Shown: positions 45,612 to 56,555, counted from the stretch's first letter. The stretch: 64,000 nucleotides of DNA from Pirellulales bacterium (GCA_038205115.1 JBBRCE010000009.1:34928-98927), one strand, 5' to 3'. The notes: generated from the letters alone by a model not told the origin. Program-made: numbers and translations.

Positions 45612-46517
45612 TTAAAGCGAGCGGATCGCCGTCAGCGTCGGCAGCACGGCCAAGCGGAGAAACGGTTGATGGAACAACAGCGTGACCGGCAGCAGGACAA
45701 ATGCCGCGCAGGCAATTCGTCCCCGCAATCCGCCACGCAGATTCAGATATTTGCCAATCGAACTGCGTTCCAGCAACAGTCCTGCGGCTTGCAATAAAAA
45801 GTAGAGCGTCGGCTTGCCCCAGCCGGCCCGGACGGGCAGCGAAATCGCCAAATCGTGTATCACGCCTGAAGCAAAAAACACGCTGACCGTCGCACCCACC
45901 GTGCCCATTCTGCCGGCCAGCGGTCGGAACAGTTGCCCAAAGGCGACATCTCGAAACGCCATGTTCCAACGTCGGCCCCAAAAATCGGACAGTGAGGTGG
46001 CCAGCAGTGGTACGTTCATCAGCGGTTCTGCCTGCACGCCACCGCAGCGCCATAGCAGTGACAGCAAATGTGCCAAGCCAAAATGCAAGGCCAAGGCAAT
46101 GCCTGTCATGCCCACCCAGCCCAGCAAAACCAGTTGGCTGGAATCGATTCGCGGCGCGATGACCAGTAACAAAGTCATACCGAGCGCCGTATTCGCCGTG
46201 GCAATCAACCACTCGGCCGGGTGTGTTGCAGTTGATCGCACGTTGGGATCCAGAAACGCCTTGGCATTCATGCCAGGCCACAACATGAGATAGCCAAGCT
46301 GCCGGCCCAGCGAGGCGCGCCGACGCAATGGGCAAGCCGCCCAAGTCAGCCACTTCAGGCCTGCGTAAATCGCCAAGGCCAGCGACCACATCAGTTGCCA
46401 CGGAGCCAACCGAGCCGAATTGGCCAGTACCAAAACCGGCAGGGCCAGCAGCGGAATCAGCGGCAAGAAGGCCGGTCGCCGACGGTACTTGACGGAATCG
46501 ACAGCCAACGCGTCCAT
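45612..46517 (-). CDS. MBOAT_2 / wax-synthase-like membrane O-acyltransferase family protein
   Basis: Start ATG 46517 (MDALAVDSVKYRRRPAF..). ..SLSDFWGRRWNMAFRDV.. and ..FFASGVIHDLAISLP.. motifs in a polytopic protein. The overlapping ORF 45559..46542 in another frame is Arg/Gly-rich and was rejected. Confidence 0.6.
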   Translation of the reverse strand: MDALAVDSVKYRRRPAFLPLIPLLALPVLVLANSARLAPWQLMWSLALAIYAGLKWLTWAACPLRRRASLGRQLGYLMLWPGMNAKAFLDPNVRSTATHPAEWLIATANTALGMTLLLVIAPRIDSSQLVLLGWVGMTGIALALHFGLAHLLSLLWRCGGVQAEPLMNVPLLATSLSDFWGRRWNMAFRDVAFGQLFRPLAGRMGTVGATVSVFFASGVIHDLAISLPVRAGWGKPTLYFLLQAAGLLLERSSIGKYLNLRGGLRGRIACAAFVLLPVTLLFHQPFLRLAVLPTLTAIRSL

Positions 46518-46640
46518 TGCGGTAACCCCCTCGTGTTGCCATGTGTCATCTACATCAATGACCGCACGGCGCAACGCGGGTTAACTTAGCGGTGGCGTGG
46601 CGAATTGTTAATGCTGACGACTGAGCGCGTAAACGCGGGC

Positions 46641-46958
46641 CTACACAGAGATCACGATAGCGCGAAGTACCAGAACGATCGCTAAAGCAACTAACGAGTA
46701 GATTACGATCTTGGTGGTGTTGGATTCGCCCGTCTTGCCGTTGTAGTCGGTACGACAGTGCGGACATTCGACGTGCGTCAACAAGGCCGGACCGATCAAG
46801 CTACCCCACCAAGTGAAGATGACTCGGGACGAATCGGACGCACCACAGCCCGGGCAAGGCATGTACGGGCTATTTACCGATGATGGTTGGCGCGGTGGCG
46901 GCGCGGAAGCGCTGTTGGGCGATTTGTAAGGATTGTCATCCATAAAAATTCCTGGCAT
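46641..46958 (-). CDS. Small zinc-ribbon membrane protein
   Basis: N-terminal ..DDNPYKSP... CPGC ... CPHC pair. C-terminal TM helix (IVIYSLVALAIVLVLRAIVI). Confidence 0.6.
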   Translation of the reverse strand: MPGIFMDDNPYKSPNSASAPPPRQPSSVNSPYMPCPGCGASDSSRVIFTWWGSLIGPALLTHVECPHCRTDYNGKTGESNTTKIVIYSLVALAIVLVLRAIVISV

Positions 46959-47434
46959 GTGATGTGGTCAATGTCCGCGCAGCAAATCGGACCAGCAAAC
47001 GCCACCAAGATAGGCCGCAACTACACCCAGGGCAAGCATTTCCGTGCGAAGTTTAGGACTTTGGCACGAGCTGGCTCGCGTCTCGTTTCCCAACAGGTGC
47101 GCCGGGGCAGCGACGGCCGCCTCGTTGCGCCAACATACGGACCGAACAGCGTGAAGCGAAGGTGGCTGGCGCGATTGGTGAACATTTTTGGGTATTGGGA
47201 ACACTAACAGCCGGTTTTGCGTCCAAGGCTATCGGTCTGCGCCCAGAAAAGTGGCCTCGCTGACTATTGCGGCCGTAACAACGATGACCGACTGCTTCAC
47301 CGTGGCGAAAACCGCCCGCGCCGTTGGAAAATGGATGCAATCGGGAGGCGTTTGGTTTAAAGTGGATGTTCCAGTTCGCCTAACTCCTATCGGCGCCCCA
47401 GCTTCTCACTAATACGTCCGTTGAAGAGGAAGAC

Positions 47435-48511
47435 ATGAGTCAAGAAAATTCGGTGGCCCAGGCATCGCAAGAACCGAGCAAAGATGACCTGGACGCACTG
47501 GCCAACCTCAAGAACGCCACCGCCACCGTTAGGGCGCAACTTGCCCGCGTGATCGTCGGGCAAGAGGCGGTCATCGAGCAGTTGCTGCTGGCGATTTTCT
47601 CGCAGGGGCATTGCTTGCTGGAGGGCGTTCCGGGGCTGGCCAAGACGCTGATGGTCAGCACGCTGGCCAAATCCTTGCATTTGCGGTTCAGCCGAATTCA
47701 GTTTACGCCCGACTTGATGCCTTCGGACATCACCGGCACGGAAGTCATTCAAGAAGACAAGGCAACCGGTAGCCGGCAGTTCAAGTTCCTCCGCGGGCCG
47801 ATCTTCTCGAACATCGTACTGGCGGACGAAATTAACCGTACACCGCCAAAAACCCAGGCCGCGCTGCTGGAGTCGATGCAGGAACGCCAGGTGACGATCG
47901 GCGGCGAACGCCATCCGCTGCCGGCGCCGTTTTTCGTGCTGGCCACGCAAAACCCCATCGAGCAAGAAGGCACCTACACTCTGCCGGAAGCGCAACAAGA
48001 CCGCTTCATGTTCAAAATCTTTGTGAAATATCCCGGCTACGATGAAGAGTATCGCATTGCCGAAAGCACCACGGCGCCAACCACCGCCACCGTCGATCAG
48101 GTGCTGACTGCCGAGCAGATTATCGATCTGCAGGCGGTGGTGCGCCGCGTGCCCGTCGCCCCGCACGTCATTCATTACGCGCTGAAGTTGGTCCGCGCCA
48201 CGCGCGTTCACGAAGGCGAAGCCCCGGACTTCATCAAGGAATGGGTCAGTTGGGGCGCAGGCCCGCGCGGTGTGCAGTATTTGCTGCTGGGCGGCAAAGC
48301 CCGGGCGGTTTCGCAAGGCCGGTTTTTCGTAACCACCGACGACATCCGCGCCGTAGCGCATCCCGTGTTGCGGCACCGCGTGATCACCAACTTCAATGCC
48401 GAGAGCGAAGGCATCACGCCCGATAAAGTGATCGACAAACTGCTGGAAACGATTTCCGATCGCGATACCGGCAACTTGGCGCCGGACGTTGCCAAGGCCT
48501 TTGCGCACTAG
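47435..48511 (+). CDS. MoxR-family AAA+ ATPase
   Basis: ..[22 protein letters not shown].. Walker A. ..[15 protein letters not shown]... ..[19 protein letters not shown]... Confidence 0.93.
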   Translation: MSQENSVAQASQEPSKDDLDALANLKNATATVRAQLARVIVGQEAVIEQLLLAIFSQGHCLLEGVPGLAKTLMVSTLAKSLHLRFSRIQFTPDLMPSDITGTEVIQEDKATGSRQFKFLRGPIFSNIVLADEINRTPPKTQAALLESMQERQVTIGGERHPLPAPFFVLATQNPIEQEGTYTLPEAQQDRFMFKIFVKYPGYDEEYRIAESTTAPTTATVDQVLTAEQIIDLQAVVRRVPVAPHVIHYALKLVRATRVHEGEAPDFIKEWVSWGAGPRGVQYLLLGGKARAVSQGRFFVTTDDIRAVAHPVLRHRVITNFNAESEGITPDKVIDKLLETISDRDTGNLAPDVAKAFAH

Positions 48512-48612
48512 CCGCGTGTCTTAAACGGATTTTAGCGTCGCTCGGTTGCGCGCCGTATCTGCCGGCGATTGTGCGGACGGTTTACAGTTCAGTGAAGTTG
48601 GGACGTTCAAAC

Positions 48613-49533
48613 ATGAGTACGACCGTCGGACGGAAATATCTCGATCCAAAAGTGCTCGATCGAATTTCGCGCTTGGATATTCGCGCGCGATTGGTGGTTG
48701 AGGGCTACATTAGCGGTCAGCACATGAGCCCGTATCACGGGTTCGCAATCGAGTTTGCCTCGCATCGCGAGTACGTGCCCGGCGACGAAATCAAGCATAT
48801 CGACTGGAAGGTTTGGTCCAAGACCGACCGCATCTTCATCAAAGAGTACGAAGAGGAAACCAACCTCAAATGTACGATGATTTTGGATGCCAGCAAGTCG
48901 ATGAAGTATGGCTCCGATGCGGAAGGCCTGAGCAAGTTCGATTACGCGGCGACAATTGCCGCCTGCCTGGGCCAAGTGTTGCAAATGCAGGCCGACGCCG
49001 TGGGGCTGGTGACGTTCGATACCAAAATTCGTCGCAACGTTCCGCCCGGTTCGAGCATCAGCCACCGCAAGTTGCTGCTGCACGAGTTGGAGCAAACCAC
49101 GGTTGACAACAAAACCGATCTCGGCGTCGTGTTTAAAGACCTGGCGCAGCAAATTCGCAGCCGGGGCATCGTGGTGCTGATTTCGGATTTGTTCGTCGAT
49201 CCGGAAACGCTACGCGAATCGGTCCGTCAGTTTCGACACAAGCGTCACGAAGTGGTGGTGTTTCATGTGATGCATGACCACGAACTGAATTTCCCATTTC
49301 AGGACAACACGCTGTTCAAGGGTTTGGAAGTCGACACGGAACTGCACACCGAGCCGCGCGCGTTGCGTAAGGCGTACTTGGAGAACGTGGCGGCCTTTTT
49401 GCAAAAAACCCGCAAGATGTGTGTCTCCAGCGGTTGCGATTACATGCTGCTCAACACGGCCGAACCGCTGGACGCGGCGTTGTCAAAGTACCTCGCATTT
49501 CGGCAACGCCTACGGCGGATTAAACAGCGTTAA
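48613..49533 (+). CDS. DUF58 family protein (vWA-like fold)
   Basis: ..GQHMSPYHGFAIEFASHREYVPGDEIKHIDWKVW.. Follows MoxR. I prefer ATG 48613 over GTG 48571. Confidence 0.88.
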   Translation: MSTTVGRKYLDPKVLDRISRLDIRARLVVEGYISGQHMSPYHGFAIEFASHREYVPGDEIKHIDWKVWSKTDRIFIKEYEEETNLKCTMILDASKSMKYGSDAEGLSKFDYAATIAACLGQVLQMQADAVGLVTFDTKIRRNVPPGSSISHRKLLLHELEQTTVDNKTDLGVVFKDLAQQIRSRGIVVLISDLFVDPETLRESVRQFRHKRHEVVVFHVMHDHELNFPFQDNTLFKGLEVDTELHTEPRALRKAYLENVAAFLQKTRKMCVSSGCDYMLLNTAEPLDAALSKYLAFRQRLRRIKQR

Positions 49534-49634
49534 GCAAATCAAACGGCGCGAAGTAGCGGCGGCGACTCGCGAACGAGTACCGCCATCCAAGGACTCAAAG
49601 CTGAAATCGTGGCAGACCTCATGGGAATTCCGGC

Positions 49635-51938
49635 ATGATCGAGTGGTTTACGGGCATCTTTCAGTCGATGGGCGGATTTTTCGAATCGCTCAGCATTTCG
49701 GCGGTGAATCCGTGGATGGCGCTGGGGGCCGTGGCCGTCGCTTCGCCGATTATCATCCACCTACTGAGCAAACGAAAATTCAAAGTTGTCGATTGGGCGG
49801 CGATGGATTTTCTGCTCGACGCCAACCGCCGCAATCGGCGTCGCGTGCGGCTTGAAAACTTACTACTGCTGCTGTTGCGCTGCCTGGTCTGTATTTTACT
49901 GGCGCTGTTAATCACTCGCCCGTTGTATAAGCCGCAGGGTCTGGCCGCCAAAGCCTTGCGGGCTTCGACACTGGAACGGATCGTGCTTCTGGACGATTCG
50001 CCCAGCATGACGGCGCGCAGCAACAACAAGACGATCTTCGACGACGCCCGCGATGGCGTAGTCAGTTTCATTAACGAGATGTCCAGCGAGCGCTCCGGCG
50101 ACTCGATGACGCTGATTCTTACGTCCTCGCCCAATCGGCCGCTGGTCGCCGGCAAGGCCATGGATACCAAGAGCGCGGAAGAACTGGTTCGGACGGTGCA
50201 AAACTTGAAGCCGTCGGACATCTCGGTTCAAATGGACAAAGCGCTGCTGGAGGTTGAAAAGTCGTTGAAGGAGCGATCCAACAACGTGAATCGCGTGGTG
50301 TATTTGATTTCCGACATGCGACGGCGCGAATGGGCCTCGACCGACGCCACGCCCAAAGATCGGACCGTGGCGGCACTGGTGAAGCGGATTGCCGATCAAG
50401 CACAAGGTTGCTTCTTGGTGGATGTGGGCAACGATCAGATCGATAACCTGGCCATTGCGGAAATCGCCCCGGTCAATAAGACCTTGGTCGCGAGTGTCGA
50501 GTCGCAATTTCAAGTCACCGTGCAAAACAACGGCGAACAAGACGCCGACGATGTGGAAGTCAAACTGTTCCCCGGCGATGGGTTGGAGTTGGTCAATCAT
50601 ATTCCGCAAATTCGCAGCCGTGAGAGCGGCTCGACATTGTTCAACGTCACCTTCAGCGAAGTGGGCGCCGTGCCGGTCCGCGCCGAGATTCGCGCCGATG
50701 GCATGGCGGCCGATAACGTCCGCTATTTTGCCGCCCGCGTCCACGATGGCGTCAAAGTGCTGCTGGTCAGCGGTGATCCGTTGGATGTGAAGAGTGAGAC
50801 CTATCATTTGCGTACGTTCTTTAACGCCAAAGGCAGCGCGAGCACCGGCGTCGTGGCTACGGAAATTGCCGAATCGAGTTTTGAGGGCGCGGATCTTAGT
50901 CAGTATCAAGCCATCTGGCTGTGCAACGTTTCTCCGCCCAATTTGAGCGAGAAGCGACTGAAGGGCGACAAAGACACAAAAGGCTTGGAAGATTGGGTTC
51001 GCGAGGGCGGTGGGCTGATTTTCACGCTCGGTGATCAAGTGGACGAAGAAGCCTACAACCAGCAACTGTACGAAAATGGCAAAGGGCTATTGCCGATCAA
51101 ACTCGACGGCAAGCTGGGCGACGAGTCGAAGAAAACGTGGGTCAGTTTTGCGACCGAAGCGCCTAACCATCCGCTGCTCAAGTCGTTTCGCGACTATCAA
51201 GTTACGTTTTGTCCGGCCACGCCAATCTTTCGCTGGTGGCACGGCAGCCTCTCGCCTACGGAACTTACGGCCGGCCGCGTTTCGCTGGTCGTTTCGTTTA
51301 CCGATGCGGACAGTTCGCCCGCAGTTGTCGAAAAACCGTTTGGCGCGGGTCATGTGGTGGCCATCACCACGCCGCTGTGCGGTCAGTGGAACTTCTGGGA
51401 GACAGACCCAACCGAGCCCATGGCGTTCCTCGATTTCAATTCTTATGTCGCCCGTAAACTGGTCGGCGAGGGCAATCTCACGGTCGGCACGCCGATTCAT
51501 CACGAATTCGATCCCAGCAAGTTCGCTCGTGACGCCAAACTCCAACCGCCGGTTGGCGACTCGCAGACCATTCAGGCCACGGAAATTCCGGCTGCCGCGC
51601 GGCGGAACGAGGCCGATAGCTGGTCGTTGGATTACGAAGATGCAGCCGCGGTGGGAATTTACCAACTGGCCATGAATCGGATTACTGGCGAAACGCAAAA
51701 TGTGATGTTTGCGGCCAATTTGGATGCCAGCGAAAGCGATTTGCACCGCGTTGAAGATAGCGAGCTGCGGAAGATGTTTGCCGACTCAAAAGTGGAAATC
51801 TCGCATGGCCGCGCCGCGTTAACGCTGGGCGCCATTGGCGCTCGCGATGAATATTGGAAGAAGATTCTGCTACTGTTGGTTGTGGCCTTATGCTGCGAGC
51901 AGGGACTGGCCTGGTATTTTGGACAGAAACGGCAGTAG
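49635..51938 (+). CDS. BatA-type N-terminal double-TM domain + vWA-like domain protein
   Basis: ..PWMALGAVAVASPIIIHLLSKRKFKVVDWAAMDFLL.. followed by ..RIVLLDDSPSM... C-terminal TM helix. Confidence 0.8.
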   Translation: MIEWFTGIFQSMGGFFESLSISAVNPWMALGAVAVASPIIIHLLSKRKFKVVDWAAMDFLLDANRRNRRRVRLENLLLLLLRCLVCILLALLITRPLYKPQGLAAKALRASTLERIVLLDDSPSMTARSNNKTIFDDARDGVVSFINEMSSERSGDSMTLILTSSPNRPLVAGKAMDTKSAEELVRTVQNLKPSDISVQMDKALLEVEKSLKERSNNVNRVVYLISDMRRREWASTDATPKDRTVAALVKRIADQAQGCFLVDVGNDQIDNLAIAEIAPVNKTLVASVESQFQVTVQNNGEQDADDVEVKLFPGDGLELVNHIPQIRSRESGSTLFNVTFSEVGAVPVRAEIRADGMAADNVRYFAARVHDGVKVLLVSGDPLDVKSETYHLRTFFNAKGSASTGVVATEIAESSFEGADLSQYQAIWLCNVSPPNLSEKRLKGDKDTKGLEDWVREGGGLIFTLGDQVDEEAYNQQLYENGKGLLPIKLDGKLGDESKKTWVSFATEAPNHPLLKSFRDYQVTFCPATPIFRWWHGSLSPTELTAGRVSLVVSFTDADSSPAVVEKPFGAGHVVAITTPLCGQWNFWETDPTEPMAFLDFNSYVARKLVGEGNLTVGTPIHHEFDPSKFARDAKLQPPVGDSQTIQATEIPAAARRNEADSWSLDYEDAAAVGIYQLAMNRITGETQNVMFAANLDASESDLHRVEDSELRKMFADSKVEISHGRAALTLGAIGARDEYWKKILLLLVVALCCEQGLAWYFGQKRQ

Positions 51939-52059
51939 GCGAGCAAATGGTGTTGGCGCGTGTTGAAGCGTGTGTGTTGACGTCTGCGTTCAGATCGATT
52001 CAAAATCCGGTTTACAAAGTCGTTCCGCGGGCAGCGGCGGACTTTTCAAAGGAGTGCGG

Positions 52060-54726
52060 ATGATGAAAACCTTGCTTGGATATTACGACGGTCGGGCGAT
52101 GTGCTTGCGCGTTCGCGGCGCGGCCTTGCGCGTCCGTGTTGCGTTTTTGTTCGCGACTGCGGCGTTGGGAATCGGCTGCTGTTTGTGGCCGTCGTCGGCC
52201 GCGGCGCAAGTCATGGTGCAGCGGAAGATGTTTGCGCAACCGCCTGGCGACGATGGCGAGATGCAACCCAAGGACGCGGCGAGCGATGCCGGTTCACTCG
52301 AGAACGATCCCGAGATTGAACGGATTTTGCACCGCGCCACGCAAGCCAGAGACGACAGCCGTTTCGATCTCGCGGCCACGCTGTTGCAGAAAGTGCTCGA
52401 TAACCCGAGCGCTTTGCCCATTCCGCGGAAACCGGCGCCGGCGGTCGATCCCAGCGACAAATTCCAACTCTTCTATTATGGGTCGATTCGCGACGAAGCG
52501 GAAAATCTGTTAAGCACGATGCCGACCGAGGGATTGCACGTTTACCGGCTCACGGCCGATGGCGAAGCCCGCGGGTTGCTGGCGACTCCGCCCGGTCCGC
52601 AACGCGATCGAGCGCTGGCTGAAGTGGTGCGGCGGTTTTTCATGAGTTCGGTGGGCGATGATGCCGCATACGAGCTTGGCTGTAATTTTCTGGATCGCTC
52701 CGAGTTTGTCGCGGCTAGCCGATTGTTCGGCAAAATTCTGGCGCGCCATCCGGATCCTTCAGTGCCGCGTGAACAGATCATGCTGCGATTGGCAGTCGCG
52801 CAAGCGCACGGCGGTGACTTCAAACAGGCCGACAAGACGCTGGCCGAACTAAATCGGTCCGGCGGTTCGCGCCTACCGCGCGGCTTGCTGGCTGCGGCCA
52901 CTGAGGATATCCGCCAACAGGCGACGGCAGTCACACAACCATCAATTGCAAATACCAGTTGGCTGGTTGCAATGGGCAACGCGGCTCGCGATGGCATCAT
53001 GCCGCCACTGGCGTCAAACTATCTGCGCGGCAGCCTGGGCGAACTGTGGTCGCAGTCGTTTCAGTTGCCGTCTCAAAATCCCGTCGCGGGCGAAAACGTG
53101 ATCTCCTCGGCTGGTCGCATCGTGTTCATTGGCGGTCGTGGCAGGGTGGTCCGAAGCACCGCGGATACCCCCTCGGATATCGTCAAACGTTGGGAACGCG
53201 GCAATTGGATGCCAGCCGGGCAAATGGTGTTCGATGGCAACCATATTTGGGTCAAGGTCTACAGCAAGAAGCTGGCCACCGAGGGCAACGCCGCTCAGGA
53301 ATTGGCGGTGGAACAACTCGTCTGCTACGACGCGCAAACCGGCGCTGAACTCTGTCGAACGCGCGAAGACGTCCACGCGCCGGACATGACGCTGACCACG
53401 ATGCGCAATCTCGCGCGGCAAATGGGCATGGTTTCCACGGCCGAGAACCGCCCGTTTGGTCCTGATGAATTGGCCGGATTTGGCGACCGGGTTACGAAAT
53501 CGTTCAGCGTGATTGACGGCGTGGCGTATCAGTTGGAATCCGCTCGCGACGCGGACAAGGCGGCCAACGATGCGGAACAGCAGCAGGCCATGATGTGGAA
53601 CGGAAATCAAGTCGACCCTGTCCGCTCCAACTTCCTTGCGGCCTACAAAGTCTACGCCACGAAACCGGCCAGTTCCGGCAATGACACCAGCGGAAAGTTC
53701 CTCTACGAGCGCGGAGCCGATCCCATCAAGGACGGCCAAAAACTCGAAGTTCGTTTTATGTCCGCTCCGCTGGCCTGCGCGGGGCAGTTGGTTGTGCCGG
53801 TTCGCGAAGGCAATTCGCTGTGGATGTATGGGCTGGATCCCGCCAACAAGGCCGCCACGCTCTGGAAAACCTTTTTGTGCGACGAACCGCGCAACGGCTG
53901 CGTGCCCGGCATCACAACCGGCATTGCGGTTGATGGTGGCGACATCTACGTGGCCAGCGGCAGCGGTTTGGTGTTTGCCATCGAGGGCGGCACGGGCCTG
54001 ATCCGTTGGGTCACACGCTACAAACGCGATGCAGCGCCTTCCAGCAATGTCAACCAAAATCAATGGACCGTCGCTGCCACCCGCGGGATGTCGATCAAAG
54101 GCTGGGACGACGACTCGCTCATCGTCCACGGCGGGTTGTTGGTCGTGGCGCCGTCCGATGCCGATTTTCTGTTTGCACTGGATCGAATCAGTGGCGAAAT
54201 GCGCTGGAATACGCCGCGCGTCAGCGGCCGCTACTTGCTGGGCGTTCTTAACGAGCGGCTCTACTACGCCGGCACCGACGCCGTGCATTGCCTCAAGGTG
54301 GGCGGCGGATTGCGGCTGTGGGACGCCAGCCTCGGCACGGACGTGCCATCGCGCGGACGCGGATGCCTGACCGCCGACGCCATCTATATGCCCGCCAAGG
54401 ATTCGATTGTCAAAATCGATCCTAAATCGGGCAAGCGGCTGGTGCAGGTCGGCGTGAATCCGGCGCAAAAATCCGCCGAGCACGAAGCGCCGCCGGTTGG
54501 CAATTTGTTTTCCAATGGCGAACGGCTGTACTACGTTGGTCCCGACCGGCTGGTGGCCTTGGAGAACGCCAAGGAAATCGAAATGAACACCCTGCCCGAT
54601 TCCGCCAAGGACAAACCAGACCCAGACTCCAAACCGGCGGTCGAAAAATCGTCCGCTGAAAAACCAGCGGCCGAAGCTGCTGCTGCTCAGCCGACCTCCG
54701 AAGAACGAGATCCCTCTTTCCCTTAA
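52060..54726 (+). CDS. Secreted TPR-like + PQQ-like beta-propeller protein
   Basis: ATG 52060 is preceded by aaaggag. Signal-like ..VAFLFATAALGIGCCLWPSSAAAQ. Helical-repeat N-terminal half. Propeller blades (..DGGDIYVASGSGLVFAIEGGTGLIRW..). K/P/E-rich tail. Confidence 0.75.
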   Translation: MMKTLLGYYDGRAMCLRVRGAALRVRVAFLFATAALGIGCCLWPSSAAAQVMVQRKMFAQPPGDDGEMQPKDAASDAGSLENDPEIERILHRATQARDDSRFDLAATLLQKVLDNPSALPIPRKPAPAVDPSDKFQLFYYGSIRDEAENLLSTMPTEGLHVYRLTADGEARGLLATPPGPQRDRALAEVVRRFFMSSVGDDAAYELGCNFLDRSEFVAASRLFGKILARHPDPSVPREQIMLRLAVAQAHGGDFKQADKTLAELNRSGGSRLPRGLLAAATEDIRQQATAVTQPSIANTSWLVAMGNAARDGIMPPLASNYLRGSLGELWSQSFQLPSQNPVAGENVISSAGRIVFIGGRGRVVRSTADTPSDIVKRWERGNWMPAGQMVFDGNHIWVKVYSKKLATEGNAAQELAVEQLVCYDAQTGAELCRTREDVHAPDMTLTTMRNLARQMGMVSTAENRPFGPDELAGFGDRVTKSFSVIDGVAYQLESARDADKAANDAEQQQAMMWNGNQVDPVRSNFLAAYKVYATKPASSGNDTSGKFLYERGADPIKDGQKLEVRFMSAPLACAGQLVVPVREGNSLWMYGLDPANKAATLWKTFLCDEPRNGCVPGITTGIAVDGGDIYVASGSGLVFAIEGGTGLIRWVTRYKRDAAPSSNVNQNQWTVAATRGMSIKGWDDDSLIVHGGLLVVAPSDADFLFALDRISGEMRWNTPRVSGRYLLGVLNERLYYAGTDAVHCLKVGGGLRLWDASLGTDVPSRGRGCLTADAIYMPAKDSIVKIDPKSGKRLVQVGVNPAQKSAEHEAPPVGNLFSNGERLYYVGPDRLVALENAKEIEMNTLPDSAKDKPDPDSKPAVEKSSAEKPAAEAAAAQPTSEERDPSFP

Positions 54727-54751
54727 ATGACGAAGATTATCGGCGTTAACG

Positions 54752-56479
54752 ATGGCCCGTGAATTACTCTCAATCGTGCGTTTCGGCTGCCTGCTGCTAA
54801 CGGCATGCTTGGCGTTTGTCGCCCGGCCTGCTTGCGCGCAACTGGCGCCGCAGGGACGTGTGATTGTCATCCAAAACAACCAGCCGGTTGCTCCAGAAAC
54901 TGCACCAGTCGCGTCGACCACGGCAGCCGACAACGACCCGTATAAGGCGGTCTTGTCGGATTTTTCCGTGACGTCAGATGTCCAGGGCATTGGGCAGTAT
55001 CTCACCAAGTTGCATCCGACGCCCGATATGCAAAAACTGGTCGCAAAACTGGTCGCCAAGCTTTCGGACGACGACTTTTCTGCGCGTGACGGCGCGATGA
55101 AGCAACTGCTGAAAATGCCGACCATTCCGATCGAGCAATTGGAAAAGATCCAGTCTGGCGGCGACCCCGAAGCCGCCTGGCGGGCCAAGGAAGTGTTGAC
55201 CGAGGGCAGTAAGAAACACGCCATGATTCTCGGTGCCGCGCTGCGGACCATCACCCGCAAGCAGCTCAAGGGCTTGACCAAAGAAGTGCTGGCGACCTTT
55301 CCGTTTTGCCTGGACGATTCGCTGGTGTTTGCGGCCCGCAGCGCGCTGGCCGTAACGGCCCGTGCCGAGGATGCGGACCTGCTGCGTGCGGCTGGCAAGG
55401 ATGCAAAGTTGGAAGTCCGCGTTGCCGCTGCCGAAGCACTCACTGCCGCCATGGGTCCGCAAGCCGCCGCGGACTTGAAGAAACTGTTGAACTCCGCCGA
55501 TGAACGCGTGCGGTTGGCAGCCGCCCGTGGGCTCGGAAGTTTCGGTGATCGCGACTGTCTAAAAGCGTTCGGCAAACTGCTGTCCGCCGAGGACATTTCC
55601 GTGCGCGCCGCCGCGATCCAATCGCTGCGGACCATGTCGGGCGAGAAATTTACTTTCGTCGCTTACGAAAAGCCCGAACTCCGCCAGCAGCAGGCCGAAG
55701 TTTGGACGAAATGGATTTCCGAACAGGGTGCCACCGCCAAATTGCTGCCTATCAATAGCCGTACAGCCGAGTTGGGCCGCACGCTGGTGAGCTTTTTTCA
55801 AGATGCAAAAATCGTTGAATACGGGCCCGACGGCAAGCAAATTTGGCAAACGAACATTTTGCAACCCTGGGGCGTGCAAGGGCTGTCCAACGGCCACCGA
55901 CTCGTTGCCACCTGGGGACAACAACAAGTGATCGAGTATGACGAGTCCGGAAAAGAAATCTGGAAGCGCGACCATCTGCCGGGCAATCCCTACAGCGTGG
56001 AGCGACTCGAAAATGGCAACACGCTGGTGACGATGTCGGATGCCAACCGCGTATTGGAAGTGACGCCTGATGGTAAAGACGCCAACTCGATCGAAGTCAA
56101 AGGTCGCCCTTCGGATGCGCATCGTCTGGCGGACGGCACGACTTTGATTGCCGTTCAGCAAACCAACAAGGTGGTGGAAGTCGATTCGTCCGGCAAAGAG
56201 ATTTGGAGCAAAACCGGATGCCAAACGCCGACCGCCGTGCATCGGCTGGAAAACGGCAACACGCTGGTCGCCGAGCATGGCGTCTCACGGATTGCTGAAT
56301 ACAGCCGCGACGGTAAAGAAATTTGGAGCTTCAATATTGCCGCTCCTTACGATGCCCAGCGGTTGGACAACGGAAATACGATCATCGCGCATGGGCGGGG
56401 TGTAACCGAGGTTGATCGCGATGGCAAAGAAGTTTGGAATCAGCCGGGCCGGCTTTGCAATCGTGTCAGTCGTTATTAG
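54752..56479 (+). CDS. Secreted HEAT-repeat + beta-propeller protein
   Basis: Signal peptide. ..DERVRLAAARGLGSFGD..ISVRAAAIQSL.. is HEAT-like. Repeated ..GKEIW...L.NGNTL(V/I).. blades. Confidence 0.75.
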   Translation: MARELLSIVRFGCLLLTACLAFVARPACAQLAPQGRVIVIQNNQPVAPETAPVASTTAADNDPYKAVLSDFSVTSDVQGIGQYLTKLHPTPDMQKLVAKLVAKLSDDDFSARDGAMKQLLKMPTIPIEQLEKIQSGGDPEAAWRAKEVLTEGSKKHAMILGAALRTITRKQLKGLTKEVLATFPFCLDDSLVFAARSALAVTARAEDADLLRAAGKDAKLEVRVAAAEALTAAMGPQAAADLKKLLNSADERVRLAAARGLGSFGDRDCLKAFGKLLSAEDISVRAAAIQSLRTMSGEKFTFVAYEKPELRQQQAEVWTKWISEQGATAKLLPINSRTAELGRTLVSFFQDAKIVEYGPDGKQIWQTNILQPWGVQGLSNGHRLVATWGQQQVIEYDESGKEIWKRDHLPGNPYSVERLENGNTLVTMSDANRVLEVTPDGKDANSIEVKGRPSDAHRLADGTTLIAVQQTNKVVEVDSSGKEIWSKTGCQTPTAVHRLENGNTLVAEHGVSRIAEYSRDGKEIWSFNIAAPYDAQRLDNGNTIIAHGRGVTEVDRDGKEVWNQPGRLCNRVSRY

Positions 56480-56555
56480 TGGTTTGCCCTGCCGGCCGCA
56501 AGCAACGCGGCCCGTAGCGGAAAACACCTTCGAAATCTGGGATTTTTGATCAGTA

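Noticed and set aside
45559-46542. 327-aa minus ORF overlapping the MBOAT-like ORF in another frame
   Set aside because: It is Gly/Arg/Ala-rich with no TM pattern. The alternative frame (45612..46517) carries the FWGRRWN motif and is hydrophobic.
46959-47204. ORF 46968..47204 is in the same frame as the zinc-ribbon gene, separated only by a TGA (considered as readthrough or selenocysteine)
   Set aside because: The upstream part has non-coding-like composition. The DNPY motif of such proteins is normally N-terminal. I saw no SECIS-like hairpin after the TGA.
47387-48508. 373-aa minus ORF opposite moxR. Similar cases: 57288..58796, 49908..51065, 39771..40826, 34615..35610, 35845..36702, 62991..63797, 42147..43127, 29215..30126
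   Set aside because: Each lies antisense to a gene with clear family motifs. All are Arg/Gly/His/Phe-rich shadow ORFs.
53014-55635. 873-aa minus-strand ORF, one of the largest in the track
   Set aside because: It runs antisense across two well-supported plus-strand genes and across the intergenic gap between them. Its composition is Ala/Arg/Ser/Gly-rich with no recognisable motif. This is a typical high-GC shadow ORF.
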